Shown: positions 34,106 through 51,085 of the stretch, piece by piece
Layout: each line of letters opens with the position of its first letter
How positions within the stretch are numbered: the stretch's first letter is position 1
Assembly: GCA_009103225.1 (NCBI GenBank)
Contig: RHPI01001507.1
Coordinates: 484,467 to 548,466 of the forward strand
Direction of reading: 5' to 3'
DNA length: 64,000 bases
From: Chlorokybus atmophyticus
Lineage: Eukaryota; Plantae; Mesostigma and Chlorokybus algae
Notes under the pieces: generated by a model
What the model saw: only the letters and a program-made list of their open reading frames with translations
Database searches by the model: none
Told to the model about the DNA's origin: nothing
Position numbers and translations under genes: made by a program

Positions 34106-35099
34106 TCAGGTTCTAGCCCTATCTTCTTTGTTAACTTCATAGATCTTCGTCCCGAAAGCGGGTATCTGCCATTTATTACCCACTTTACAACTGCATCACA
34201 CACCAACACGCAAGTCTCCCCACAACCACGTGTGCGTGTGCGTACCAACCATAGATCACCTGATTGCGACATCTGCATTCTCTTGCATGCCGATATCGCT
34301 CCCACTCACACTGGCAACCTCTTCATCACCACTGCTGCCCGCGCTATCGTCATCAATGGAGTCGATATCACCTCTGCTGATCAAGCTGCTGGCGGATCGC
34401 ACGCTGGCTGCTGCCTCATCTGCACGAAGCATGTGTGCGTGTGTGTGTCCGTGCGCGTGTGTGTCTACACCATGCTGAGCTCACATACATTGTGCCACAA
34501 AACTCAACAGATTCATAAGACAGAATCATCAAGGCAAGGCTGCATAGACGCACACAGAGCGCATCTTGACACATGTACACCTTTGGCTGGTATGTGTGTA
34601 AAGCAGCACAGCATCCATCCATTGCAATGCACGCACTGCACGTCTGAACGACTAAACGCGTTATGCCCAGGAGCAGTGTGACATAAATAGTGCAACATAC
34701 TACGACACATTACTGCACATCGTAACACACTTGCAAGGCACTGAAGTTCACAACAGTCGCCTGTGTGGGATTCCTGGTCGCTAATTGCTCACCTGTAGGA
34801 GGGTTAGCGTGGTTTGAAGCCGCTTCATGTCCTGAACCAACGCCATTGCTGTAAGCAGGTGAGCTCAACTTGCTGCTCTGCTGCTGACTGAGGCCCTGCA
34901 GCAGTCTGGTGAGCTGCTGATCCTCCTCCTCCTCCTCCTCCTCCTCGCCGTCGGCGCTGCTCTCGCCCGCCCCCGGCCCACTGTCGCCTCCGCCACCACC
35001 ACTGAGCGTCCTGAGAAGCTCTTTCCTGTCTATCGTGTCCCGCTCAGACGTTGCCTTCGCCGCTGCCGCTGCCGCCGCCGCCCCTCTACGCGCAGGCAT
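34106..35099 (-). CDS. Hypothetical acidic, Ser/Gly-rich protein (3 exons)
   Basis: MPARRGAAAA...EEEEEEEEDQQ exon ending 34793, a phase-consistent exon near 34420-34260 (DEAAAS...DVAIR), and a last exon (SCKVGNKWQIPAFG...ART*). An in-frame upstream ATG at 35288 could add an S/T/R-rich N-terminus. Confidence 0.55.
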
Positions 35100-36585
35100 C
35101 GCCGCCAAACGCCAGGAAAGACATGCTCTGAGCGCCTCAACTGTGCCTATAACATTCACTGGTGCCGTGCCTGCCACGGAACTTCCTTGACGGAAGGAAG
35201 GTAGTTTGCATGCTTTGCATGTTGATGTGAATCGCCGACTATGCGGCCGACTGACTAAAATTGTGTTGGTTTTTGGAGGAGCTATCATGGGCTGTGAAGA
35301 CCATTAAACTGAGTGCAGATTGATTGAATCCGCAAATGTTATTCTCTGTTGTGACACACATACATATATATATATAAATATATATATATATATGTGTATA
35401 CGAAGCAAGTTGTGCTAATTTATTGTGCTTGTAGTAAAATGTGATGTTTGCCTCTATCTGTCTTTAATGCTTGACTGGTAGTAGGCTTGAAATTCATGGT
35501 ATATCACATGCAATTAGCATGTGTCATGCCAAAGCCTAATAGCATGTGACAATCATGTGCATGGTGCATTGAAGTCTCATCTGATATGAGTCATATCTGA
35601 TCCACTGCGCCCCAAGCGTAGCTGGCCTGACACCCTCCCTACGTGCCTGCAAGTTGTCCACCTGGTTGTCTTGCCCCTGCTGCCACTGCACCAGCATTGC
35701 ACACGCACGTATTGCATGCACGAGTACATGCACATCATTGCAGATACTTTACAAATAGCTAGGCTAGGTATAGGATAGGCCAACGGCTATGCCCCTAGTG
35801 TGATAAGTTTTCATGGGTATCCGTGCGCTTGCTTGCCGTTAGGTAGATAGGGTGCATGCTTGATTATACCTTATATGACATGAGTCATATCGGTGAGCGC
35901 TGACGCGCTGGACATCATGTATACATAATTTGACGTAATGGTGACATCTTAGCGCATCAACACATGTTTATAGCCAGACAGTGCGACACTTACCGGATTA
36001 CAATGCATACCCAATCATTGAATACCTTGGGCATATGTTGCTGCTTGTGATGGACTACAGCAGCTGTAAGTACATTGCTCTTAATTAGCCAGGCCTTGCA
36101 AACCACGCAATTAAGGCTAATCACAATGAATCTACAATGAATAATGGGACAGTGGCCCGATGTTCTGACCTAGTTCAGCACCTTGCAATTGAAGTGCAGA
36201 CACTCAGTACTGATCAATGTCTTCAATACGAGGTGGCTTCCAATCTATGCGCGGTCTGCATAGAGAGAAGAGAGAATGAAGTTCCAATGTCAATGTCACG
36301 TGCACGTCAGCATGAAGTTTTCTCTCAACAACAGTGTGTCTCACTTCACAACGGTTACAGCACCATATAACAGGCTCAAAGCGAGACCATGAAATGCTAT
36401 ATACATGCGCGACTAGTATAATACATGGTGGGTGGAGAAGAGCTATACAAGTCTACAGCTACAACGGGGTTCGCAAGCTGCGTGTTTGGGCATGTGACAG
36501 GACAAGATCCTACAATGTCCTTTTATCTGATGAAGCCGCCAACCCACATGCTACACAGAGCATCTAAAACCACACAAGACCACGC

Positions 36586-39500
36586 TTACTCCATGCCCAG
36601 GTACTGCCCGTGATCCTCCTGGTCAAGTCTTGCAGCTACCTGCAACACATGACAGAGCCACAGTGTGATGTCTTCTGCAACCACTGAGTGACTATGTACG
36701 TGAGTGGTTTCCGGTTCTTTTACCTGCGCGTGCGAGCCGCCCATAAGATCGAGCACTTGTCGCCAGAGCGGCCGCGGCAACGATAAGCAGTGCTGAGTGG
36801 CAAGGCTAGAACACGCCGCCGCAATATACCTGTAAGAAGTGTAAGATGCGGTAGATATGGACCAACTGCAGCGCATGCTTGCCATGCAGCTCGCTAACGC
36901 TGCATGCCATAATATGTTGAACTTCATCCAGGCACACACGGTTATCCACTCCGCATGCAAAGCTGCAAAGGTTGTTACGTGCTTGCTGCAACACAACACA
37001 CCAAGTTCAACAGCAAGCCATGCTTGCTTGCTGTACTGACCAGTTTCCAAGTGCAATCTCGGTTGCCAGCTGTCCTGGCGCCCAGCCCGCATGCCCGAAA
37101 AAGAACTTGAATTCCGATGTGGCGGCCGCGTTCGCTGTAACAGCTTCCTGCGCAGGAAAGCCGCCCACAGCTGAGCATATGTATAGTAGCACGTAACACA
37201 CAAGCGCACGCTCACATACGCGCGCAAGCACGCACACAATTGAATTAACAACAACGTTGCAAAACGAATTGGCATGAAGTGATGTCCACAGATTGACCAT
37301 GTGCGCATAATGGGATGCATGTGCCACAAGTGATGCAACAAGCGCACGTCACAAGCCAATCAACAATGTCATGCTCCTGTGGTGCCAATGTGCCAATGCA
37401 AACCTCAGCGTGCTCCGGATGGCCAACAAAGACGCCCTCCATGACTTTGGTAGACCCGCGCACGACGTCGCCGCGGCCGTGCACCGAGAGCACCATGTTG
37501 GGACGCACGGGACCCCCGAGGTAGAACGGCTCCGCGCCAAAACGCTGGCGGAAGTGCTCGCTCAAGCCGGCGCCTTGCGAAAGCTGACCAAACTGTTCAC
37601 ACACAGTCATTGGCGTTGTGAGCGAGACATACAATGCAGGAACAATCCCACGCAATCCTGTCAGTTGAACGGTTGAACAATCGTCCATGCAAGCTGACTG
37701 GCTGCATGCTCACTCCGTTGAGTGGAGCAACCGATGGTTGTATCATGCAACAGTGACATGGCACTGATGCGTATGCTAAGACAGTGGCATGTGCTAAGTC
37801 GTGCCTATCTGCTTGCACAAGCGTGTACATACAGCTTACAGGCGCACACGTGCATGTGCACCCACACAGTAGGACAATGGCATGTGTGTGCTGAATTGTA
37901 TGCCTACGTGTACATGCACGCACATGTACCCCTTGTAGTTAGAGTATCACAACACAGGCATAACCCGAACAAAGGGTTGACTGACATTGAGTGAGTGTAT
38001 GAACAACACCAGCAGAGCCTGCGCAACTCTTGATAATTTACCTTCATAGGCGATGGTCTGTTGAGCACAAGGCCCATGGTGCCGGTCCGATCATCGTGTT
38101 CCAGTATGAGAATGACAGTCTGCCAAAAAAGGCCGCGCAAGCCCTCGTGCGCCAACAGCAAGCAGCCCTGAAGTGATATGTGTATGCTATGTTTATACAA
38201 TGTGTTCAAGTCACATGCAACACAGGCCTGGTCGCACACAATAACAAACGACTACAACAATAACAAAGCTGCTGCACCTTCTCAACTTGTGCTATTGGAT
38301 GCGCCCATGCGCCAGATTGCTTTGCTTTGCGCGTCACTGGGCTGGCGGGTTCTGAGGAGTGTTTTGCTGCCGTCTGTGTTTGGACAGAGCCTCCATTTGC
38401 ATGGTTGTGTGTATTGTTGTACTTGTGCAGAGCAACGAGCACATTGGAAGCAACACCTCAGCAAAGCTATTTGCAACATGCTCTCAGTGAAGCAATAAAA
38501 CCAGCTTCACATGCGAAACCATAGATGCATGCGAACATGGATGCATTACAACTGTTCACGAGCCCCCTTGCATGAACAGCCTGACTGAATAAACTTCATG
38601 TGCAATCAACACATCCTAGCCATCCGACAGGCCCACATGCCAACAAACTGCATGCAGTTTGTATATTTCTGACACATGCAAAGCTGCTTGTTGCTCGATG
38701 CATGTGCTGCTCGCACAAACTCAAAATCTGATGCAGTCGATACTGACACGCGCATGCACTTATATTGTTTAAATGATAAGAGTGCTACACACACAGCACT
38801 AACGAGTCATGGCTGCCACGCGCATGCAATCAACACAAACAACAAAACACACTGCATGCACGCTGCGCGCGCTATCGTAGCATCAACATACCCAACCAAA
38901 GCATGCAATGCACATACAATCAGCAACAGCCCACCTCTTCCGTGGCGATCATCCTCGCCCTGAACGCCCTCCAGTCCTCTCCCAGCGCTGGCGGCAACGC
39001 GCCGTCATCCTTGTCCTTCCCAGACTGTGCGGCTCCCTCGCCTTCGTTGTCGTTGTTAGCGCGCACAATCAGCAGGTGGGAGCGCCCAGCTGACAACCTT
39101 CTCCTCAACCATATTGAAACATAAGGGGAGGATTTTGGGAGCAAAGCGAGAGAGCACTTTCTCGGATGGCGCACAGTCGGCTGCAAAAAGACAGTGGTTA
39201 CATGTATTGTGATGTACATATATCATGCATGCAATTGACGCAACAATCTAGCAGATTGGTTGGTGTCAACGAGGCATCGTTGTTGAAGCAATGTTGGTAG
39301 GAACGCTTGACACATTATGACGGTTGCTACTGGGGAATGCAGGATGACACAAGTGTATACTATTGGCCGGCGTAATGCCTGACAATGCTTGCGCTGCACA
39401 CACTTACAAGGCAGCAAAATATAAGAAAGGCAACACAAAGAGTAGTAATTGAATGCTGTAAGCAAATGCATGCGTCAAGACATTTATCAAAGGGCGAGCA

Positions 39501-39721
39501 ATCAAGGGTTCAATGCACATGTAGGCAATTAGGGTTTCCTTTGTAGCATGCACTCCCGAGGCAGATCAGACTGTGCTCTCAGCTCCGGCACACCAGCAGA
39601 GCAAGCAAGCAAGCAAGCAGATAACGCATTGAATCACAGTTCACACCTTGTGAGAAGACGAAGTAGAGGCGTACAGCGACGCCGCCGGCGTCGCCGTCGC
39701 CGCCGAGGCAGCTGTCGCCAT
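36586..39721 (-). CDS. DUF179 / YqgE-AlgH (UPF0301) family protein, probably plastid-targeted
   Basis: Transit-peptide-like MATAASAATATPAASLYAS; EDWRAFRARMI; WAHPIAQVEK|GCLLLA; FWQTVILILEHD..GTMGLVLNRP; FYLGGPV; FKFFFGHAGWAPGQLATEIALGNW; PLWRQVLDLMGG. Confidence 0.93.
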
Positions 39722-40228
39722 GCTCAGCACAGTTGTGAAGGCAACTAACACACCTCCAAGCGCTGCTGCAGCTGCGTCGCCTCGGCTATCGCCACTCAAC
39801 TGACGCAGGCGACTACGACGGCAAACCCGCCTACCGGAATAACCCCCAACCAACGCCCCCGCCCCCGCCCCCAACCCCGCCAACGTCGCCGCCCCCTGCC
39901 GCCTGCCCGCTTCGCCCGCCACGTGGCAACGCTTTTCAAAGGTTTTTTGTTGCTCAGACCAAATGAATGTGACTTAGACAGTATCTTCGGTCCGTAACAG
40001 GGTACGGTTAATGACATCTCAGATACCATGAGTCACGCAACTCGGTGGGTTTGTAAGTATGAGAATACGTTGAGTGACGCGACTTGCTTACAATCATCTT
40101 CCAGCTTGGATACGCTACATTGTGTATTGCAACTGCATTGATTAGACCAGTGACGTGATCGGTTACGTGACCGCATTACGGACTAATTACGGAGTGATTA
40201 ACCACCAGGCCGTGCCAGGCCGGCGGCC

Positions 40229-42998
40229 ATGGTGGTGGCGGCGGCGGCGGTGTCGGTGCCACGGAGGAGGTCTAAATGGCGGCGGTGGCTGCTGTTGCTG
40301 CCGCCACCATTGCTTGTGGCGATGTTGCTGCTGGCGGCCCCTCCAGGCCTGGCGTCGGTCTGGTCTGGTGGCGGCGGCGGCCTGATGATCGGCGCCACCA
40401 GGCCGGACCAGGCCAGACGCATTGCACTGGCCGAACACAATATCACAGGCGAGGACGATGAAGATACCAACAACCTAGTCGATCTACAATTCAAAGTAAG
40501 TGTGCATTGCAAGCGATATTACACACACACACACACACGCACGCACGCACGCACACACACACACACACACACACGTGTATATGTCTCAAACAGGTGGTTG
40601 TGTTGAGAGGTCAGTTGCAGAAAGAACGAGCGGAGCGTGTGGCTTTGCAACAAAAACGACAACACGCACACGCAAGCAGCCCTGACCAACACGCTCACAC
40701 GCACAGCACGCACCAACACCATCACCACACCAGCACAAGTATGATGCTGGCAGTGAAAAGTCACACACACGCACACAGAGCTTGCGTGTGTGTGCAACTG
40801 CGCATACACGCACGCAAGAGCGCGTGTGCGTGTGCACGTATGCAGTCGTGTGCGCGTGCCTTGGCGTGCCCGTCTGCACATGCAGCACCCATTCAACATT
40901 TACACGCACACGCACATGCACACGTATGGCACATGTACACGCAGTGTGCATGCGCGCGTTCCAGTGTGTGTGAGTGTGTGTATCATGACATTGATAGGGA
41001 ACTCATCCCACCACTGTCAGACACCAGTGACGAGGAGGACGCCAAGTGGCTCGCCCACCTCCGCTCCTCCGCCGCATCCATCCTCGAAGGTACACACATA
41101 CCCACATATCCAACAACAACAGCAGCAGCAGTACCAACCTCATGTTGGGGATCAGGTGTGGAGATGAGGATCAGCGATCACAACCGGCGCAACAAGATGT
41201 TCGACACGGTCAAGTCCGTCTGGCACGGGTTGAGACACATGCGGGTGGGTGGGGACTCGTCGCTGTTGTTGTGACGTGTGTCGTTGGTGTGGAGAGTTTG
41301 TGTGACCCGATGAGTTGTGTTTGTAGACTCACGGCGACCCGATGAAGCTCTCGGCCCGTGCTGTGCGGCGCAAACTCATCACCGAAGGAGTAAGAGATTT
41401 GTTGTGTGTTTTACTACTTTTGCATCTGACACGCACACACACACATACACACACGCACACATGCAGGGTCCCCCCCTCCCCCAGCTCCTGACCTGCGCCC
41501 TCGTCGGCAACGCACGCTCACTCCTCCGCAACAACAATAACAACAACAACAGTCACAACCACACGTCGGGTTTTGGGCCGGAGATCGACGGGCACGAGGG
41601 GGTGCTGAGACTGAACCAGGCGCCAACAAGGGGGTAAGAGATTGTGTGGGCATTTGTGTGTGTGGGTGGGTGCGTATGTGTGGGTGGGTGGATGTGGGTG
41701 TGAAACTGAAGTTCAATGGCAGGTATGAGAAGCGTGTGGGGTCGAAGACGACGCATCGGTTGATGAACCATAAGTGGGCTCGGGCGTACGCTGAGAACCA
41801 AGATCGGTGAGCGAGTGGCTTATATGTACTACCACTGTAATGTAACGCGATCACCCACACGCGCACGCACGCATGCACACACGCACACACATCTCTTTCA
41901 CCAGGCTTGCGCTGGAGCCCGGCGTGACCCCCGTGATGTCCCGCACGGACCCGCGCGAGTTCCTGACCTACGCGCAGATGTTCGCCAACGCGCACCGAGG
42001 GGCGCAGGCGAGTGTGTGTGCGTATGCGTGCGTGCGCGTGTGCGTGTGTCACATGCACACACACTGCTCCTGTGCTCTTCTGTCAACTTTAGTAGATGCG
42101 CGTGTTTGTGAGTGTCCGTGTGCGTGTGCGCGTGCATGCGTGCGTGTGGTGTAATGTTGGTGATGCGCGCAGCAGCGTGTTTGTGTGTTGCGAGCGCGGT
42201 GTGTGGTCTCAACTTATCAACACACAGGCGCTGTTGCTGCATCATGAGGCGCTGAATGCCACGGGGGCGACGTTGAGACATCTCAAAGCCAAGGTATGCC
42301 AAAGGAAAAATAGCTTATTAGCTGTTCGTAAACACATAATCGCACTCACAAGCACACTTGCACACATACACATGTGCACGCGCACGCGCATGCGCACACG
42401 CACAACGAACTCACGCATGCAGAGACGCATGCACCCACACACATGCGCGCACACACGCACGTACGCACGCACGCGCACGTGTGCACACACACAGACTCAC
42501 TCGTAACATGCTGCAGTTGGAGCACATGCGGGGTAGGCCGTACGCTGGCAAAGGCTCGCCGTCTTCCGGCTTCGTGGGCGTGTGGCTGCTGCTACAGGTG
42601 ACATGTGTGCATGTGCGTGTGCGTGCGGTGCACAACTCACTGCATCATCGCCACCAGATGTGTAAGCAAGTGGACGTGTACGGTGTTGGCGACGAGGCAC
42701 CGAGTAAGACGGGCAAGCACGCCGCATGGCATTACTTTGAGAGTGAGTCCGCTCTGTTTGATACCTAAACTTTGCACCTGTGTGGCATTCCTCCTTGACA
42801 ATAATAACACTGCACAATGCATTCACCCCACTGGTTGACACACACCCCACTCAGATGCCAAGTTCCGAGCCTCGCGCGAGTTCGGGTCCGACCCACACCA
42901 TTCGTGGGAACTCGAACACCACGTCTTACAGGTAACACAACATGGTACCGAAACACGACTTTTCATCACTACATTAGTAGTGGTTCTCAATCACATAG
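40229..42998 (+). CDS. Glycosyltransferase family 29 (sialyltransferase-like) type II membrane protein
   Basis: N-terminal TM segment. Sialylmotif L TCALVGNARSLL...GPEIDGHEGVLRLNQAPTRG|YEKRVGSKTTHRLMN; motif S PSSGFVGVWLLLQ|MCKQVDVYG; motif III WHYF; motif VS HHSWELEH (42855-42931). The terminal exon is uncertain. Confidence 0.9.
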
Positions 42999-43809
42999 AA
43001 GCATGTATGATGGTTAGCGTCGGATGCTAGAGTAATTCTCATCTCATGACATAATTATGTTGTAACACAGATATTTGACGCTGCGGGGATGATAAGGCAC
43101 GTGCTCGCTCCCCCGCACAAAGAAAGGCACGCCGCCGCCGCTCCTGAAGTGGCGTTGCATGAGCACATAGAACCGCCTTAGCCTATGCTTTATGTGCAAA
43201 AGTTGTAGGGGATTCTGGGGTTTATTCTGTATACGCTTATGACTATAAAGTAAACGTCTCATAGCTTTCTTCCGGCGTTTCATGACGTTTGTTGCTTGGA
43301 CGCTTATATGCGGTCAAACCGAGTGCGTGCCAACGGTAATGCATGGCTCACACAGCCAAAGTGCCCTGTAAGCATAACTCGCGTGTGCATCAATTGGTTC
43401 ATGTTATCTGCACGCTTCTATGCATATTTTTTCGCGCTTTTGAGATACTGCAGCATCATTGAAACGTCACTCGTGAAGTCACTACTGCGAGAACCGCTAC
43501 TTGTATCAGTACTCTTGATACATTGCACTACCAGCGTATGCACAACCCCACACGCATATGTGCATGTGTGCTTCTGTGCAGTACCTGCTCAACCAACACA
43601 GGGATCATTGCACTTCACTCACCAATCGCTGATCAATAGCAGACACCCTTTTGGGTGGGTATACAAGAGATTTATCAGAGAGGACCTTGCAAGGTGGACG
43701 CCTTATTCTACGCTATGCAGCTGCTTATCTTATGTACAAATGTGTATAGAAAAAAATGGCCTGTATCTATGTGTGCAACAACTTGCACACAGGCACAAGT
43801 CCACACATG

Positions 43810-44692
43810 TCACCGCCATGCAATGTCCCCCAAAGGCGCCCAATGCGCCTCTCCACGCGCTCTTTGCCCCGCATTGTGGCAGCGCACAGAAGAAACTGAC
43901 AGGCACAACCTGACTCACTGCTCTTCTTGTTGTTGTTGTTGTTGTTATTGCTGCTGTCCTTGCTGTTATTGTTGTTGTTGTTGTTGTTGTGAGTCGATGT
44001 CATTGTCTGGCTTCTCCTGCACGCTCTGCACGGGACTTTGGGCTCCGCAATGACCACACCGTCGTACCAGGCCTGCACAATGGAGTGAGAGTGGGTATGT
44101 GCGCGCGTGGGCGTGCTTGTACGCGTGCACGTGTGAGCCTGTTTGGTTGTGCATTCGCACGCGTAAGTGTGAGTGTGCGTGTGCGTATGCATGTGACCAT
44201 AAACATGACCAACCATGACAGCCCCTGTAACACCTATCCCAACACATCAACCCCAGCAACACAACCACACCAACCCACCTTCCCAGTCACTGGCCTCATC
44301 CTCTCCCTCATCTTCACAAACGCCAGCACCTTCACCCCAACACTCACCTCCCTCCTCTCCTCCACCATCACGCTGCGTCGCCTGACACGCGCGCGGGGCA
44401 CGTCTCGTCCGTCTCGTCAAACGTGGCGTACTTTACCACATACCCACACATTGAGGATGATGTGCGTGTGATGGAGTCGATGTCCCAGTAGGCGCCGTGG
44501 GCTTCGCACTCGAGGGCGAGAGGGTCGGTGAAGTCCAACTCAATGTCCTCGTCGTTGCTGTTGTTGTCGTCTTCACTCTCGGTGATGTGCATGATGTTGT
44601 TGTTGTTGTTCTTGTTGTGTATGTCCTCATCTGCCATCCACGTGACTGCAGCTTTGGCTGTGCCCACATTGGCATCGCCTTCATCACACAGG

Positions 44693-44726
<34 letters not shown>

Positions 44727-45900
44727 CCTCTTGCTCGGCGGCAGCATCATTGCCATGGCTTTCTGTCTCATCTTCTTCTTCTTCTTCATTTTCTTCTGCA
44801 TGAGTCAAGTCGCAGCAGCAGGTGTCGTGGTGGTCCACAGCGTGGTTCTCCTGAACCTCCTCCTCGACATTCTCCTCCACAACATTCTCCTCAATGACAT
44901 CCTTGACATCCTCCACGGTGTCATCCACCTCGTTGTCCTCCTCAACAACATTCTCCTCGACGTCATCCTCAGCCTTGATGATGATGTCCGCAGCCACAGC
45001 AGCAAACGCCCTCCAGAGCTGTGGCGCCTGAGGCCTCCTCCTCCTCCTCTTCCTCCTCCTCCTTGTTGTTGTTGTTGTTGTTGTTGTTGTCGTTGTTATT
45101 GCCAGCTACAGCCGCATCAGCATCGGCCGCCACAACGACAGTGCAGACAGTCTGCTTGTTGACACTGGTGACAGCCTCTGCCTTGTTGTTGCGGTTGACG
45201 ACGATACGCTTGTTGTGGTGGTTGTGGTTGCTGTCTTCTTCCTTGCTGTTGTTGTTATCCACCTCCTTATGGTTGTTTTCCTCTTCCTCCTCCTCGTCCT
45301 CCTCCTCCTTCTTCTCCTCCTCCTCTTCATCATCATCACCACCCATGGTATCAACAGCATCATCAGCTGGGCCGTCCACTCGCACGACTCCCCCTCTCCT
45401 TCTCACACTCCCGCGCACTCGTCACAGCTGTAGCCCTCCTCGTCGCTAGTGCGGCTGTTGTCCTCCTTGTTCTCGTTCTCCTCCTTCTCCTTCTCATCTT
45501 TATTGTCATCAACAGTAGCAGCAGCCATGCTGTCGTCCTCATCTTCAACCACAACGATGGCAGCGCTGTCAACAGCATTGGCAGCAGCCGAACCATCTGG
45601 CACAGCTGGCACATCGCCACTCTCACACTCGCGCACACTCTTGTTGCAGCTGGTGTTCTCCTCGCTGCAGCTGTTGCCCTCCTTGTCCTCCTCCTCCTTG
45701 CTGTCGCTGTTCTCCTTCTCCATGTTGTTGTCCTCCTCCTCCCCAACGCACGCCACCACATACGGCGTCATCGGATTCGCATCCACACCGGCATCCACAC
45801 ATTGCCCACCCTCGTTATTGTTGCTGTTGTGATGTTGTTGTTGCACTCGCGCGTATGCCTCCCTCATCTTGTGCTCGTGTCTCCACCACCCGAGGTGCAT
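43810..45900 (-). pseudogene. SAWADEE/tandem-Tudor-like domain gene with a long acidic low-complexity N-terminus; several frameshifts
   Basis: LECEAHGAYWDI...YVVKYATFDETDE..[fs]RVRRRSVMVEE..VSVGVKVLAF...|AWYDGVVI...GCACQFL[fs]VRCHN...WAPLGDIAWR parallels SAWADEE (EFEAKS.RDGAWYDV...VRF.GF..EEDEW...VRQRS...G..LCF...YYDAHV...GCRCRFLVRY...I.RR). Further frame changes occur near 45405 and 45000. Confidence 0.55.
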
Positions 45901-45968
45901 TGTGGCCGGTGGCAGGGTTGGTTGTCACGGTGGTCCAGACACGGTGGGAGGGGAGGAAGTGGACGCCA

Positions 45969-45994
45969 GGGGGGGGGGGGGGGGGGGGGGGGGG
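45969..45994. repeat. Poly-G run adjoining an N
   Basis: About 26 G followed by N at 45995. Confidence 0.9.
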
Positions 45995-45995
45995 N

Positions 45996-50327
<4,332 letters not shown>

Positions 50328-50994
50328 CATAAACCACGGGTTTATTCAATAGCGACCAGTAGCAGCGAGAACAACGGCATACCTAACAAAATAATAGCAG
50401 CAACCAAGACTCAAGGGAGGGCGCGTTTCATTTTAGCCCCTAGCCCTACAAGCATGTCTTTGCAGAGCCTGGTCCGCCACGGCCATGGTTGGAGGGTTGG
50501 AGCGGAAGCAACCAGCAAGCGCAAGGTGAAACTTTCACCGTGAAAGGCTTGACTTCAAACATTTAAAGCAGCACCGTGGTGCAGCGCTGCGGCGCTGTAG
50601 CTTCACACACCGGCGGCTACCGCCGCCCTGGCAGCAGCCCACAAACGGCCAGAAATTTCAAAACTTCTAGCCGCCGCTACTATTGAAACGTTGGGATGCT
50701 GCGCGGCACAGGCCGCGTAGCCGTTGGATAGGACGATAACGGTCAACCAATAAAACCAGCAGCGCAACTTGTGCCGTTAATAAAGGCAACGCAGCGATGC
50801 ATCTGAACGGCCACCGATAGCTTAAGTAGGTCGCTCGGCGGTGACGGATAGCTCGAGTAGCTCGATCACACGGTGAGGGATAGCTGAGCTGAGCTATTTG
50901 TGGCCGCTCGCTGCGACCCGAGCAGTGCCGTTGTCTCCTAATAACAATTTGATGGAATATCAAGTTTTGTAATGTCATGTGTTCACGGACCTAC

Positions 50995-51085
50995 NNNNNN
51001 NNNNNNNNNNNNNNNNNNNNNNNNNNNNNNNNNNNNNNNNNNNNNNNNNNNNNNNNNNNNNNNNNNNNNNNNNNNNNNNNNNNNN
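50995..51085. other. Assembly gap
   Basis: 91 N followed by poly-G. Confidence 1.
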
